A stretch of DNA of 64,000 nucleotides from Mobula birostris (GCF_030028105.1 NC_092379.1:45866150-45930149), one strand, 5' to 3'. Shown: positions 35,030 through 48,700, counted from the first letter of the stretch. The notes: generated from the letters alone by a model not told the origin. Translations and numbers: made by a program.

Positions 35030-38000
35030 GAATTTCTTAGCACGTCAGTCAGGTTTGTCTGGTGAATACTGCAAAGGAAAGCGAAGACTCGGTCGAGGTT
35101 TCGCTAGCTGGGTCCGGGTGCGGTCCGGACCCAGAACAAGCAATTCTGGCGCGGTGATCTCCAGCTGGATCAGTAGCTTCACCAGGGTGTTGTTGATCCT
35201 GCTAGATGTAGCAGATTGGGGGTTTAAAGGAGTTTTTCTGGTATAGAATAGTGTAGAGGGCAGTTTGCTCGGGAGAGCACGCGCAGAGTCGCCAGATACC
35301 GACTCAGCTAACGGACTTGTTTCAGCCAGGAGTCCGGCCTTCCGGGATTAAGTGTTGGCTTTGGGGCCCGACTCAATCGACAGCCCGGGCTCCTGGCAGC
35401 TGGAAGTGGCAGCGGAGCCTCCCCCATCTCTCGGCCCCACCCGGAGCGTCAGACGACGCCACCCGCCGATCGATACCCGCGGGACGCGTCCACCAACGTC
35501 AAAGAGCTGCCGATAACGCACTGCATCAATGGAAACTTGGAAGGATGCTCTATTTACAGAAGAAGCGTGGGAAAAGAGCTGGGCTGCGGGTCAGATTGAA
35601 GCTGAGGGGCTTCAAGTCCTTCGAACCACCAGCCAACTAGGTAATCTGCAAGCCATTGAGAACAAGATGGATGATCTTAAAGGGAGACACACTTACTGCA
35701 GAGAGATGCAGAACTGCTGCGTATTCTGTTTCACTGAGACCTGGCTCTCCCCGGCACACCAGACTGTGCCATCCGACCGGAGAGATTTTCGATCCATCAG
35801 ATGGACCGCATTGCATCTTTGGGCAAGACGAGGGGAGGTGGTGTCTGCCCACTGATCAACACTGCGTGGTGCCCGGACACAGTGGCACTGGCAAGCTCCT
35901 GCAGCCCGGACCTGGAACACCTGTCGGTGAAGTGTCGTCCCTACTATCTGACACGGGAATTCACCTCGTTCATACTGACAGCGGTCTACATTCTCCTCCC
36001 CAAGCCGCCCCCCAAGGCGGACGTGGAGTGTGCTCTGAACAGACTGTATGTCAACATCAGTGAACTTCAGACGAGGTATCCGGAGGCTTTGCTCATTACA
36101 GCCGGGGTCTTTAACCAGGCCAACCTCAGAAAGGCGCTGCCAAAGTTATACCAACATGTCTCCTGGCCCGAATATACTTGACCACTACTACAAAGCAGTC
36201 AAGGATGCCTACTGTTCCATCCTACGACCTCACTTCGAAAATCAGACCATCAGGCCGCACTCCTCCTCCCGGCTTACAAACAGAAACTGAAGCGGAAGGG
36301 CACGGTATCAAAAGCGGTGCCGCGTTGGACGGAGGAAAAGGATGAGGTGCTGCGTGACTGCTTTGATGGTTCGTATTCCAGGACATGGCAGCTAACCTCG
36401 ATAAGTATGCCTCAGCTGTCATGGACTTTATCTGGAAATGCACAGAGGACTGCGTGTCTCTCAAGACGATCCGGGTATTCCCTAACTGGAAACCTTGGAT
36501 GAATTATGAGGTCAAGTCCCTTTTAAAGGCTAGAGCTGCGGCTTTTAGGTCCGGGGATACCAGTCACTACACGGAAGCCAGGCGTGAACTCCGGAAAGCC
36601 ATTAAGGGCGCCAAGAGGCAACATCGAGCAAAGTTGGAAGACCAGGCTAACCAGAGGGATGCCGGTAGATTATGGTAGGGTCTAAGTGAGATCACTGGGC
36701 GAAAATAAAAGGCTGGGAATATCAACAACTGTGGCTCTTCTCTTCCTGACGAACTTAATGTATTCTACGCAAGATTCGAACAGAAGAGGAGCGTCCCGCC
36801 CCCTCCGGATGAACCGGACCTGGTGGCATCGAGATTCATCGTTACCGAGGAGGACGTCAGAAGGGCCTTCCTGAAGATAAATCCAAGGAAGGCGACGGGC
36901 CCAGATGGCGTCCCGGGACGGATTCTCCAGGCCTGTGCAAGCGAGCTCGCTGGAGTGTTTGCTGACATCTTCAACTGCTCCTTGCTTCAGTCTAAGATCC
37001 TCTCGTGTTTTAAGAAGGCGACGATAATCCCGATGCCAAAGAAGTGCAAGGTAGCATGCCTGAATGACTATGGACCTGTGGCTCTGATATCAATTGCTAT
37101 GAAGTGCTTCGAGCGATTGGTTATGGCACACATCAGCCTCAGCCTACCGGTCAACCTCGACGCTTTACAGTTCGCCTGCCGGAGCAACACAGCGGCAGAT
37201 GCCATCTCTCTGGCCCTGCATTCCTCCTTAGAACACCTGGAGAATAAAGACGCATACGTAAGGCTCCTTTTGATTGACTACAGCTCTGCCTTTAATACCA
37301 TCGTTCCAAATAAACTGATTCCTAAGCTCCGGAACCTGGGCCTTAGCACTCAGATCTGCAGCTGGATCTTCAACTTCCTCACAGACAGGACACGGGCTGC
37401 AAAAATAGGGCACAAGCTCTCCTCTAGAATCACTCGGAGCACCAGTGTCCCACAAGGCTGTGTACACAGCCCCCTGCTGTACTCACTGTACACCCATGAT
37501 TGTGTAGCTAAGTTTCCATCGCACTCAATATATAAGTTTGCTGATGACACCACAACTGTAGGCCGTATCTTGGGTAATGATGAGTTTGAGTACGGAGATA
37601 AATTAAGAATCTGGTGGCATGGTGCGAAGACAATAATCTATCACTCAACGTTAGCAAGACGAAGGAATTGCTTGTTAACTTCAGAAGGAGTAGTGGACCG
37701 TACGACCCCATTAACATCAGTGGTGCGCAAGTGGAACAGGTCAAAAGGTTTAAGTTTCTAATATCACAAATGACCTGACTTGGTCCAACCAAGCAGAGTT
37801 CACTGCCAAGAAGGCCCACCAGCGCTTTTACTTCCTGAGAAAACTAAAGAAATGTGGCCTGCCCCATAAAACCCTCACTAATTTTTATAGATACACCGTA
37901 GAAAGCATTCTTCTAGGGTGCATCACAAGCTGGCATGGAAGTTGTCCTGTCCAAGACCGGAGGAAACTGCAGAAGATCATTAACACAGCCCAACATATCA

Positions 38001-38470
38001 CACAAAGCAATCTTCCGTCCTTGGATTCACTTTACACCGCACGCTGTCGGAGCTGTGCTGCTGGGATAATCAAGGGCACGACCCACCCAGCCAACACACA
38101 ATTTCGTCCCTCTTCCCTCCTGGAGGAGGCTCAAGAGCCTGAAGACTCGTACGGCCAGATGTGTGAACAGCTCCTTTCCAACTGTGATGAGACAGCTGAA
38201 CAGATCCTGACCCGGATCTGGGCCGTACCCTCCAAATATCCGGACCTGCCTCTTGTTTTTTTTTTGTTGTTTGTTTTTGTTTTTGTTTTTTTTTGAATAC
38301 CTTACTTTCCCTTTTCTATTTTCTATTTATGATTTATAATTTATTTTTTTAAATTTTTACTGTTTACTATCGATTTGTTCTCCAGGGAGTGCAAAGCGCA
38401 GAATCAAATATCGCTGTGATGATTGTACGCTCTAGTATCAATTGTTTGGCGACAATAAAGTAAAGTAAAG
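35030..38470 (+). mobile_element. Near full-length Rex1/Babar non-LTR retrotransposon (disrupted)
   Basis: CpG-rich 5' region; KRGKRAGLRVRL and FCFTETWL (endonuclease); 312-aa ORF 36823-37761 with GPDGVPGR, FKKATIIP.PKK, VALISIAMKCFERLV, IDYSSAFNTI, YKFADDTT; (TAAAG)n tail at ~38455-38470. Confidence 0.9.
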
Positions 38471-38739
38471 GAAAGAGATTCCCCGCATGGCCTGCCGAAT
38501 TCGTTATCAGAACATGTATCTGTATGGTCGTGCATGTGTGCAGGACTGGGTTTATGCTCATGAGAGAGAGAGGCTGAAAGAGAGATCCTAAATTAAGGGT
38601 GAAGGAAGAAGACAGACAGGAAAAGTAAACCTTTTATATTTAAATTTGTATCACACCAAATACAGGAGGAAGCCATGATTATGAAAAGGTAGGAGCACTT
38701 CTCATTTGAGGAGTTGATAAGAAAACAAAAAAAAATCAA

Positions 38740-39850
38740 ACAGCGCACACAGAATGCTGAAGGAACTCAGCAGGTCAGGTATCATTTCTGATGACGAATA
38801 ACTATTGAAGTTTCAGACCGACGGGGTAAGAAGCCAGAATAAGGAGGCGAGGGAAAGGGAAGTACACCCTGGCAGGTAATACAAGAAAACAGATGAGGGT
38901 TATGTTAGATGGGGAGGTGGAAAGGGATGAAGTTAGGAGATGATAGATGAAGGAGATAGAAGGATGAAGTCTTCTCTAGCAAGTTACCTGAAGAAGAAGT
39001 CTCCATCTGACTCCCTCATCCACTCGTCCCTCCCCGCTAATCATCTTTCTGGCTCTTATCTCCGCAAGAGGTACTCCCGACAAATGCTACTCCAGCCTCC
39101 TCGCCAGCAATCACTGCTCTAAAACAGTCCTACCAGGTGAGGTGACACTTCACCTACGAGGTGGTCTGGGCCTTCTACTATATCTGGTACTCAACTTGCC
39201 GCCTTTTCACATCAGTGAGAATCGACGTAGGTTATGGAACTGTTTCGCACCATCACTCTGTCTGCCAGAAAAGGCGGTGTTCTCCGGTGTTTACCATTTC
39301 AATTTGAATTCTCATTCCAACATGTCTGCCCATGGCCCCCACTACTGCCACAATGAGGGGACAGTTGGTTAGGAGACACAACGCCTCCTTCTAGGTAACC
39401 ACCACTCTGATGTCAGGAACATCGATTTCTCTAACTTTTGGTAATTTCTCCCCCACCCACCTCCCCTTATGTTTTTTTTTGCTTCCCCATTCTGTATCCC
39501 CTCTCATGCTTTCTCTTTGCCGTACCAACCCCTCCCTTCTTCCATCGCTCTCTTCCGTGGCCCAACGTCCGCTTCTATCAGACTCCTTCCTCTTCAGTCC
39601 TTTACCTCTTCCAAACTTCTCACCATCACCCCTTCCCCTCTCTCCCAACTGCCTCTTCATCTGGTCTTACCTACCACTTGCCAGCTTGTACTCATTCCAC
39701 TGCCCTCTCCCCATATTGTTATTCTGGTTACTTCCCCCTTCGTTTCGAGTCCTGATGAACGCTCTCGGCCAGAAACATAGAGTGCTTATTCCTCTCCATA
39801 GATGTTGCCTGAGCTGCAGAGTTCCTCCAGCATTTTTTGTATGTTGCGTA
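38740..39850. mobile_element. Penelope-like element with GIY-YIG remnant and inverted termini
   Basis: 39170-39260 is a frameshifted remnant of IYCI.C..C.L.YIGET.RRL..RF.EH; the terminus appears in reverse at 38750-38800 and forward at 39780-39845. Confidence 0.7.
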
Positions 39851-40029
39851 GGCTAGAAGGTACAGGGGATTGAATACCTGCAATCTTCTTTTTAAGAACA
39901 GCTCCTTCCCCTCCACATTCAGATTTCTGAATGACAACGCAACTGTTAGGATAATTTCAAAACACAGTCAAGCTCTGTATTTAGTCACGTGAATGATAGC
40001 ACTTGCTTACTATAGGAACGTGTGAAGCG

Positions 40030-42200
40030 GTGCACAGTATAATCCAGAGTATTAAATTGGTAAAATGGTAAAATGGTTTACTATTGCCACATGTACTGAG
40101 GCACAGTAGAAACCTTCTTTTGCATACCGTCCATACAGATTAAGTCAATGCAGCAGTATGTTGAGCTAATATAAGATAAAGCATAACAGGGTGCAGAATA
40201 AAGTGCTGCAGGGCACAGAAAGTGTAGCGCTAATACTAAATAAGATTAAACGGCACAAAGAGGTAGACTGTGAAATCAAAAGTCCACCATATTATACCAG
40301 CGAAACATTCAGTTATCTGGTAACAATGATATAGAAGTTCTTCTCGAATCTGGTATCTTCTGCCCAGTGGAAGAACGGAGATGAAAGCATGACTGGGTTG
40401 AACGGGCTGTTTGATTATGCTGGTGGCTTTACTGAGGCAGTGAGATGTACAGACAGAGTATATAGAGGGGAAGGTGATTCACGTGATGTGCTCAGCTGTG
40501 TCCAGGATTCTCTGCAGTTTTTTGAGGTCACACGCAGGGCGTCGCCATACTAAGCCGTTTTACATCCAATCAGCATGCCTTCTATGGTGCTTCGATAAAA
40601 GTTCGCAAGATGGATGGGAATATGCTAAAATCTAGAACTATCCTGAGGAAGTAGAGGCATTGCTGAGCTCTCTTAGTCTGATGTTGTTCTCATGATTCCA
40701 TGCCACTAAGCTCTCGATCTCCCTTACGTTCCAGGGCGTCAGCATCTCAGAGCACAGCTTCAAGTTCCTGGGCGTCAACATCACCGACTATCTATTCCGT
40801 GCTTAACATATTAATGCAATCACGAAGAATGCACGCCAGCGGCCATACTTCATTAGGAGTTTCAGGAGATTTGGAATGTTGCCAAAGACTTGAACAAATT
40901 TCTACATACGTACTGTGGAGAGCATTAGGACTGGTTGCATCACCAGCTGGTATGAAGGCTCCAATGCACAAGATCGAAAGACGCTGCAGATGTTTGCAGA
41001 TGCAGCCAGCTCTGCCGTGGGCAAAAGCTTCCTTGCCATTGAGAACATCTTCAAACGACTTTATCTCCAAAAGACTCCATCCATCAACCCTCATCGTCCA
41101 GACATGACTTCTTCTTATTAATAACATCAGGGTGAAGGTACACAAGCCTTAACGTTCATAAGTAACGTTTGAGGAACAGGTTTGTCCACTCCTCCACCTG
41201 ATTTCTGAATGGTCCATTAACTTATAAACACTACCTTACTATGCTTCTTTTGCACTATTTATTCATCCCATTTTTATCCTAACTTTTAGTTTCTTGTATG
41301 TCTTGTACAATTCTGTTGCCACAAAACAACACATTTCATGATATATGGTAGTGATAATTCTGAATTTGATTCAGGTTCCTGAGCTCCAATTCATCGTTAT
41401 TTGAGATGCGACCCACCTCGGTGGTATTATCTGCAAACTTGTAGATGCAGTTCGAACATAATCTGGCTACGCAGTCACAGGGAATACAGCAAGCGGCTGA
41501 GGACACAACCTCGTTGACCACCAGTGTTTAGAATAATCATGGTGGAGATCTTGCCACCTATCCCTACAGCTGTGGTCTGTTGGTTAAGATGCCAAGGACC
41601 CATTCTCAGAAGACTGAAAGGGAAGCTCTGACTCTCAGGGTCAAGAGTTTTGTGTTGAATTTCTTTGGAATAATAGCACTGAAGGCAAGCTGTACTCAAT
41701 AAACATAGCCTGATGTAGATATGTGCATTTTACAGATGCTCCAGGGATGAGTGTAGGCCCAGGGATTTGGAATTTGTTGTAGACCTGTTTCAGCCGTAGA
41801 CAAATTACAGTGAGTCAAGGTTGACAGGCAAATTCGGAGACGTTGTGTGCCTTGACCAACCACTCGAAGCACATCATGCTGGTAGATGTCAGACCGTGTG
41901 GGCAACAGTTGTCAAGGTCCGATATCTTGATACTTTTTTGGGGGGAGGTTTATTTGCAGAGGGGGGTTACTGGGATGATAGTGTCTTCTTAAAACAGGAG
42001 GGGACCACAGCCTGGAGCAGGGAGAGGTTTAAAAAGTTTGAAAGTATGCCAACCAGTTGATCCTCACAAGAACTCGGGACACGGTCAGGGACAATACCAG
42101 GCAGACTGATCTTACCTCCGTCTTGATGCTGTATATTCAGATGCACTGGGGATTGTCAGGGTTGATAGTGACAGACCGGTTCCCTTCTGTTCAGAACATG
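40030..42200. mobile_element. Cluster of Rex1 fragments in both orientations
   Basis: Minus ~40030-40680; plus 40690-41340 (FKFLGVNIT, ESIRTGCITSWY); minus 41340-42200 (YKFADNTT, GCVLS.LLYSL). Confidence 0.75.
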
Positions 42201-42920
42201 TATGGAAGTTGATAAGCTCACTCCAGGTTAAGTGTAACCTGAATATGATTGAATGGAAATGATATGAAAAGACAGTACAACTCCAGGTTAACATTACATC
42301 AAGTGACACGACATTCAGATGCACTGATAAGTACACCAGCTCCTTTATATCTGAGATATAATTATCAGATACTGATTGGAAACGTACAAAAAATGAGCAT
42401 ATTTATAATTCATATCCCTGTATTATTGCTATTACATATGTATGTAATAGTTCGTCTATTGTGCATACCACAGAAATGCCTGCAACTGAGAAAGGTCCTA
42501 ATGATTTACAAACGAAAATAATGTGTTAATGCACGCTTTTGACCATTCCGTCTGGTTTTCTCTTTACCACAATCTCTAATTCACAGGTGGTGTTCTGTCA
42601 TTACAGGTGAACTAGTTGATGCTGAACAGCTGCAACATCGCCCCGGCAAATCTATAACAACTTTGGTTCACTTTCTCCCAACCTTTTGATTCCACATTGT
42701 CAATTGCTATTGGATTGACTTTTACAAAAGCAGTGCTAAGTCAATGACAGCAAAATATGTCCTTTATAATAAGAAAAGGTAAGGGCAAATTTTCATGCAA
42801 CAGATTGGAAACTGATTCTGTTGTGAAACAATTTGATGACCCTTTCAGTATAGCATTGTAATTTCACACTCTGAAAGAAAGCCCATGTTTAAAAGGCTGC
42901 CTCTCTTAATATTCAAGTGT

Positions 42921-43205
42921 GGGCATGTGGCCAAGTGGTTAAGGCTTTGGACTGGCGACCTGAAGGTCATGAGTTCGAGCCCCAGCCGAAGTAATATCAC
43001 ACATTGCTCTGCGACGACACTGGTGCCAAGCTGTATGGGTCCTAATGCCCTTCACTTGGACAACACTGGTACCGTGGAGAGGGGAGACTTGCAACATGGG
43101 CAACTGCTGGTCTTCCATACAACCTTGCCCAGGCCTGCGCCCTGGATAGTGAAGACTTTCCAGGTGCAGATTCATGGTCTCGCAAGACTAACGGATGTCT
43201 TTCTT
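42921..43205 (+). mobile_element. tRNA-derived SINE
   Basis: Head gggcatgtggccaagtggttaagg (A box) and gagttcgagccc (B box), followed by a ~200-nt non-tRNA body. Confidence 0.75.
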
Positions 43206-44059
43206 AATATTCAAAAACGTCAAGCAAGTAATCCTTAGGAATTACAAGACGTCGAGTTTTAATGTGCTCCTCCGTTAGCTGGATTTATTTTTCCATTTGT
43301 AATTACTTTTCAAAATAGCGTTTGATTCATGAAGGTAATTATCTGGAATGTTCGGTTTTCCTGTAAAGTAACCATGTTGTCCCATTTAAGTCCTTCTTTC
43401 AGGGTAGTGTCTTAGAAACGAATATATTAATTCTTCCTTTTATTTCTTCTTATCCACAATCTGTCAGGGAATCTGTATTCCATTGGACACTTCCCAAAAT
43501 ATTTCTTGCACTCATGCAGGAGTTATTGCAGAATCATATCATTTCTAATAATCATCTTGAGTAACACATCTCAGTTCCAATTTCCATTCTCCACTTGAGA
43601 ACATGTTTATTTTCTACGTTGAGAACTAAATGTTTCACTGAATTATGAAGAAGTTGGTCATTATAGAATAAGTTCTATTTTAAAATAATTCCAACGTAAA
43701 ATCTATGCAGATAAATTATAGAATTAATAGACGATATCTACAGATGCCTTAGCAGGCCATAAGCAGTTTAGGACAACAGGAATAGCAACAGATATGGTAT
43801 ATAATGTACATATGACAATGTGGTACAATGCATAATGTGAACCTTACGAAAACTTATCACGATGTTACTGAAAGTAGCACTGGAAACAGTCCTACCATGC
43901 TTATCAGATGTCCTGGAATCGAAAGCTTTGAGCTTCACTCTGGATATTGGTTACAGTCAGGATTCACATGATGGGCATAGGCAGTGATATTCAATATGAA
44001 CAAAATAGAAGCATTACCGAAACTCCAAAATTACATGAATGCACACATTGAAAACAAAA

Positions 44060-44380
44060 TCTAGCGGTAAGAAGGTGGCTAACACGAGGCGGCATAGTTT
44101 TAAGATGCTTGGAAATGGTACAGTGGGGATGTCAGGAGTAGGTTTTTCCACAAAGACAATGGGAGGCATGTGGAATGCTCTGCTTGTGGCGGTGGTAGAA
44201 GTGGATACAATAGGGTCTTTTAAAAAGCCTCTCAGATAGGTAAATGAGCTTAGAAAAATAGAGGGCTATGCGCTCGGGAAAACCTAGGCAGTGTCTAGAG
44301 TAGTTTACATGGTCAGCTCAACATTGTGGGTCGAAGAGTCTGTAATCTGCCGTAAGTTTCTATGTTCTATGTTTCTCTGT
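44060..44380 (+). mobile_element. CR1 3' end
   Basis: MWNAL.VAVVEVDTIGSFKK and ttctatgttctatg tail. Confidence 0.75.
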
Positions 44381-45819
44381 TCTTTGCTTACACTTTGAAT
44401 TTCCACAATTAGTAACTGGAGAACGGATGTCCTGCAGATGCGTTTGGGCCGTTCGAATAAGTCGTACTCAGTGGAGTGCACATCCCGTCAGTGCAGTAAC
44501 ATGAGTAAAATCTACATCCATTCAAGTCAGAATCAATGCCTTACAACCCTGAAAGAACACAGGACAATCAATATCAGAACCTGAATGACATAAGTTCCTG
44601 CGATTATAGTCAGGTTGTTGTTCTGATCCGGCTTCTCCCTGTGCAGCCTGGGTTTTGATACCATCAATAATAATATTGCAAATGATTTGAAGTTATGAAG
44701 TTACGTTACTGTGATATTGACACATCAGGTACAATTCGGTCATTGCCAATTACATTCGGACTATGTGTTTCTGCATCAATTCAATTCCTTCACCTTAATT
44801 CCATATATCCTAATATCTCTTACCATCAAGGCAGAACTTCCGTTAATTCTCCCGAGGACCTAAAGTCAAGGGAAATAATAAATGCTCTCTTCAACAGATT
44901 ATATCCTTATCGCTGTTCTGAACGATATCATTTTCCTCACTTGTAGAAAATTCCAGCTAGAATGTCAACAAAGAGAATGCAATAAAAGTGTTCAATGCCG
45001 ATTGATTTCGTTTTAAAGTAAATTCTGGTTTAAATCTCACACGTCTCCGCAAGCATTTTACTTTGCTCCACTGGACATTAATCAAACTTTCCACAGTAAC
45101 ACTTAAAGCTGCATGTTGTGTGAAAAAAAAATCAAGGCGGTAATTCAATCGATGTATGCAACTGTGAAACTATGATCCTTAAGACTAAGAGTCAATCAAA
45201 TCGTCTTGCTAAGAACTGGGCCTGTTGCCGAAGTAACCCGAAGTTTTACATCGTTGAAATTAATTTGAATGAAGGTTATTACAAAACGATTGCAAATACT
45301 CTGCTTTCGCAATAAAGTTAATTAGTTTTATTAATTTATTCATTCCTTATTAACAAAGAAACATAATCGGCAAATGTCCGCACAGCTAACGTGAAATAAC
45401 ATTTCACTTTATGTTATTTGAAGTGAATAGGTAGAGTTGTGAGCCAAATTGTGTAAATTGCTGATTGTGTCGTGCTTCCTGGTTTAGAACCGCGCAATTA
45501 ACGCTAACAATTCCTCTGCCTCGCGAGTTAGACTTGTTGAGTTCAAACAGAAGCACCTTTAGCTTAGCATTCCAGCCATCTACATTTATCTACCTGCTCT
45601 GCCTGCTGTAAAGTCTCACATTTTCTCCTTTAGGTAGGTGACTGTACGTTCCTATCTGACATCCGCCCTGAGCCTAATTGTCCCTTTGGCTTCAATAAAA
45701 ATTGCAAAAGTTGAAATTACATTATTTATAATCTATATATACATTATACGCACTTGAGATTCGTCGCTTAAAAGGCAGCCACGAAACAAAGAAAGGTAAA
45801 CAATCAAACACCCAATGTG

Positions 45820-46200
45820 CAGAGAGAGAGAGAGAGAGTGATAAATCAGGAAAGCATTCAAATCATTGCTCGTGTGGATAGTCAGAGGCTTTTGCCCAGG
45901 GCTGAAATGGTTGCCACAAGAGGGCACAGGTTTGAGGTGCCGGGGAGTAGATACAGAGGAAATGTCAGGGATAGGTGTTTTGCGCAGAGAATGGTGAGTG
46001 CGTGGAATCAGCTGCCGGCAACGGTGGTGGAGGCGAATACGATAGGGTCTTTTAAGAGACTTTTGGATAGGTACATGGAGCTTAGAAAAATAGAGGGCTA
46101 TGGGTAAGCCTGGTAATTTCTAAGGTAGGGACATGTTCAGCACAACTTTGTGGGCTGAAGGGCCTGTATTGTGCTGTAGGTTTCCTATGTTTCTATGAAA
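45820..46200 (+). mobile_element. CR1 3' end preceded by (GA)n
   Basis: TRGHRFEV..AWNQLPATVVEANTIGSFKRLLDRYM; same family as the 44060 copy. Confidence 0.85.
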
Positions 46201-47159
46201 ACAATGAACGCAAACGAATTGCATTCTGAACTGAAGTTCACAAAGACAGTCCTGTCCACAGACCATTAAACTGATTTATACATGTGCATACGGGCTACGC
46301 AGTAGCTTACGCCAGTCAGCACAGAGCGGAACAGCGAGCTGAACCGGCCCGACCCTTGCCTCAGACCCCAACACCCTGGCATTTTCAATCTGTCCCGGTG
46401 CTTAAATCGTGCAAACAATGGGTTTAGTCGCTTCGGCCCTTTCTGGGACCTGAACCCCGCCGCTTCGATTTGGACCGTACCCGACCTTTCAGATCCGGCC
46501 CGGCGCTTAAGTCGATCGAAACTCGGGTCTTCCTTGGTCTCGGTGATGGGCCCGCTGCCTTGTATCGTCTCGGTTCCAACACATCGAATTGCCGCCGTCC
46601 ATAATTTAACTCGAAAAATAAGCTTTTGAACTGTTCGAAAGATAGATGGCGCTCAGAAGTTTGGTTCTCTGAGGATTGAGAGAGTAAAATATGATTCACC
46701 TTGAGCAACGTTAAGATGGTTGTTCATGTGCGAAGACAACGGAGAACCGAAAGACAAACTGCGAGTGCAGGAAATGAGGATGCGTTCTGTAGCATTGTGG
46801 TTCTCCAACCTTAGAAAGACTTTTGTCCCTCAATGGGTGAGAAGGAAAAAGTAGAGACAAATAAATAGACGTTCTTATTCTCAGTGAGGAACGATTCTGT
46901 GGTGATGTCACACATTTTATAGACGGTATGGATGGAAGAGGGATTGAAAAAAGATTTTAGGGAGAAGAGGTGCAGCAGCTATACAGTAAAGTGTGCCGGG
47001 ATAGGACCTAGGGATATTAAGGTGGTTGCAAGGGTGAGTGAAAAATAATGAGTGAGCTTTGATAGCATAGACAGAGTTAATTTCATGGTAGTTAAGTTAC
47101 TGGACTAACAGACACCAACATGAGCTGCATTCTAACAGTGGCGATTGAGGAATATAAAA

Positions 47160-47640
47160 TCATTATTCGTATTGGTATTGGATTATTCTGGTCATACGTA
47201 CCCACATACAATGAAAGGCCAGTACGGTTTATACGGATGAGGACACTGCATAGTGAATTGAGCTAGAATCAGGTAAATCAATAATAATGTAGAATAAAGT
47301 GTGAAAGTTGACGAAAAAGCGCCTGTAGACGATGAAGTGAATGATCATAACAAGGTAGAATACAAGTCTCAGCCTCCATCAGGTCTGTTGAAGAGTCTGA
47401 TAACAGTGGGATAGAAGTTGTCCTTAGTCTGGTGTTACGTGCTTTCAAGCTGTTGCATCTTCTGCCCCATGGCAGTGGGGAGAAAAGATAATTCCCGGGT
47501 GGGTGAGGTCTTTGATTATGCAGGCTGCTTTACTAAAGAAGTGAGAAGTATGGACATAGAGGGGACCTTGGTTTTTGTGACGGCCTGACTGACTGTGGTC
47601 TTTCTAGAGTAATTTGCAGAGCAGTTGTCAGACCAGACAT
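47160..47640 (-). mobile_element. Rex1-like 3' fragment
   Basis: Similar to the reverse-strand Rex1 3' pieces at 10400-11000 and 40030-40500. Confidence 0.5.
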
Positions 47641-48700
47641 AAAATCATAGAACACTACAGCAGAGAAACAGGCCATTTGGTCCAACTATTCTGTACCAAT
47701 CTGTTAAACACCCTAATCCCATTGATCTATACCCCATAGTCCTGCATACCCCTATAGTCATCCATGTACTATCAAGATTTCCCCTAAGTAGTGAAATGGT
47801 TTGCACTGGCACCACGCTCTGAGTGAAGACATTCCTCGTCATTTTCCCCTTAAAATTTCGCCTCTCACCCTCAACTCATTAGTTCTAGTCTCACCGATAT
47901 GTAGTTGAGAAAGTGTGATTGCATTTATCCTATCTATACCCTCACAATGTGATATACCTTCATCAAATCCCGCCTCCTGCTCCTGTGCTCTAGTAAATAA
48001 AGTCCTAACCTATTTAACCTTTCCTCATAACTGAGGTCCTCAAGTTCCAGCAATATCCTTGTCATTTTTTCTGCAATATTTCAAACTTATTGACATATTT
48101 CTTTTAGATAGGTGACCAAACCTGTACACAATACTCCTCACCAATACCTTATAGAACTTTAACATAACATCCCAACTCCTATACTCAGTACATTGATTTA
48201 TGAAAGTCTATGTGCCAAAAGCTCTACTGATGGCCCCATCTACCTGTGACCACCTTCAAGGAATTATTGATCCGTATTCCCAGACACTCTGCTCTACCAA
48301 CACCACAATGCCCTACAATGGTGCAAGTGCTACGCTGTTTTGGTGCTCCCAAAGTGCAATACCTCACATTTGTCTGCATTGAGTGTCATTTGCCATTTTT
48401 AGCTCACTTATCAATCTGGTCCAGATGCCACTGCAAGCTTTGATAGCTTTCCTCGTGTCCACTACACCCCCAATCGCGGTGTCTGCCACAATTTTTGCTC
48501 ATCCAGTTCACCACATTATCATCCACATCATTATATACAGTAGATGATAAAGAACAGCAGACCCAGCGCCAATCCCTGGAACAAACCACAAGTCACAGGC
48601 AACCATCTTCTTAGCCACCACCCATTCAAGATCTCATCAAAAGCCTTACTAAAATCTATGTAGACGTTATCTACTGCCTTACCTTAATCAACTTTGCTGG
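47640..48700 (-). mobile_element. Degenerate CR1 3'/RT fragment
   Basis: catagaac tail; WSPI.KKYVNKFE and DIAGT.GPQL remnants. Confidence 0.7.

Noticed and set aside
42921-42992. tRNA gene
   Set aside because: A and B boxes are present, but there is no convincing cloverleaf or acceptor stem and it continues into a SINE body.
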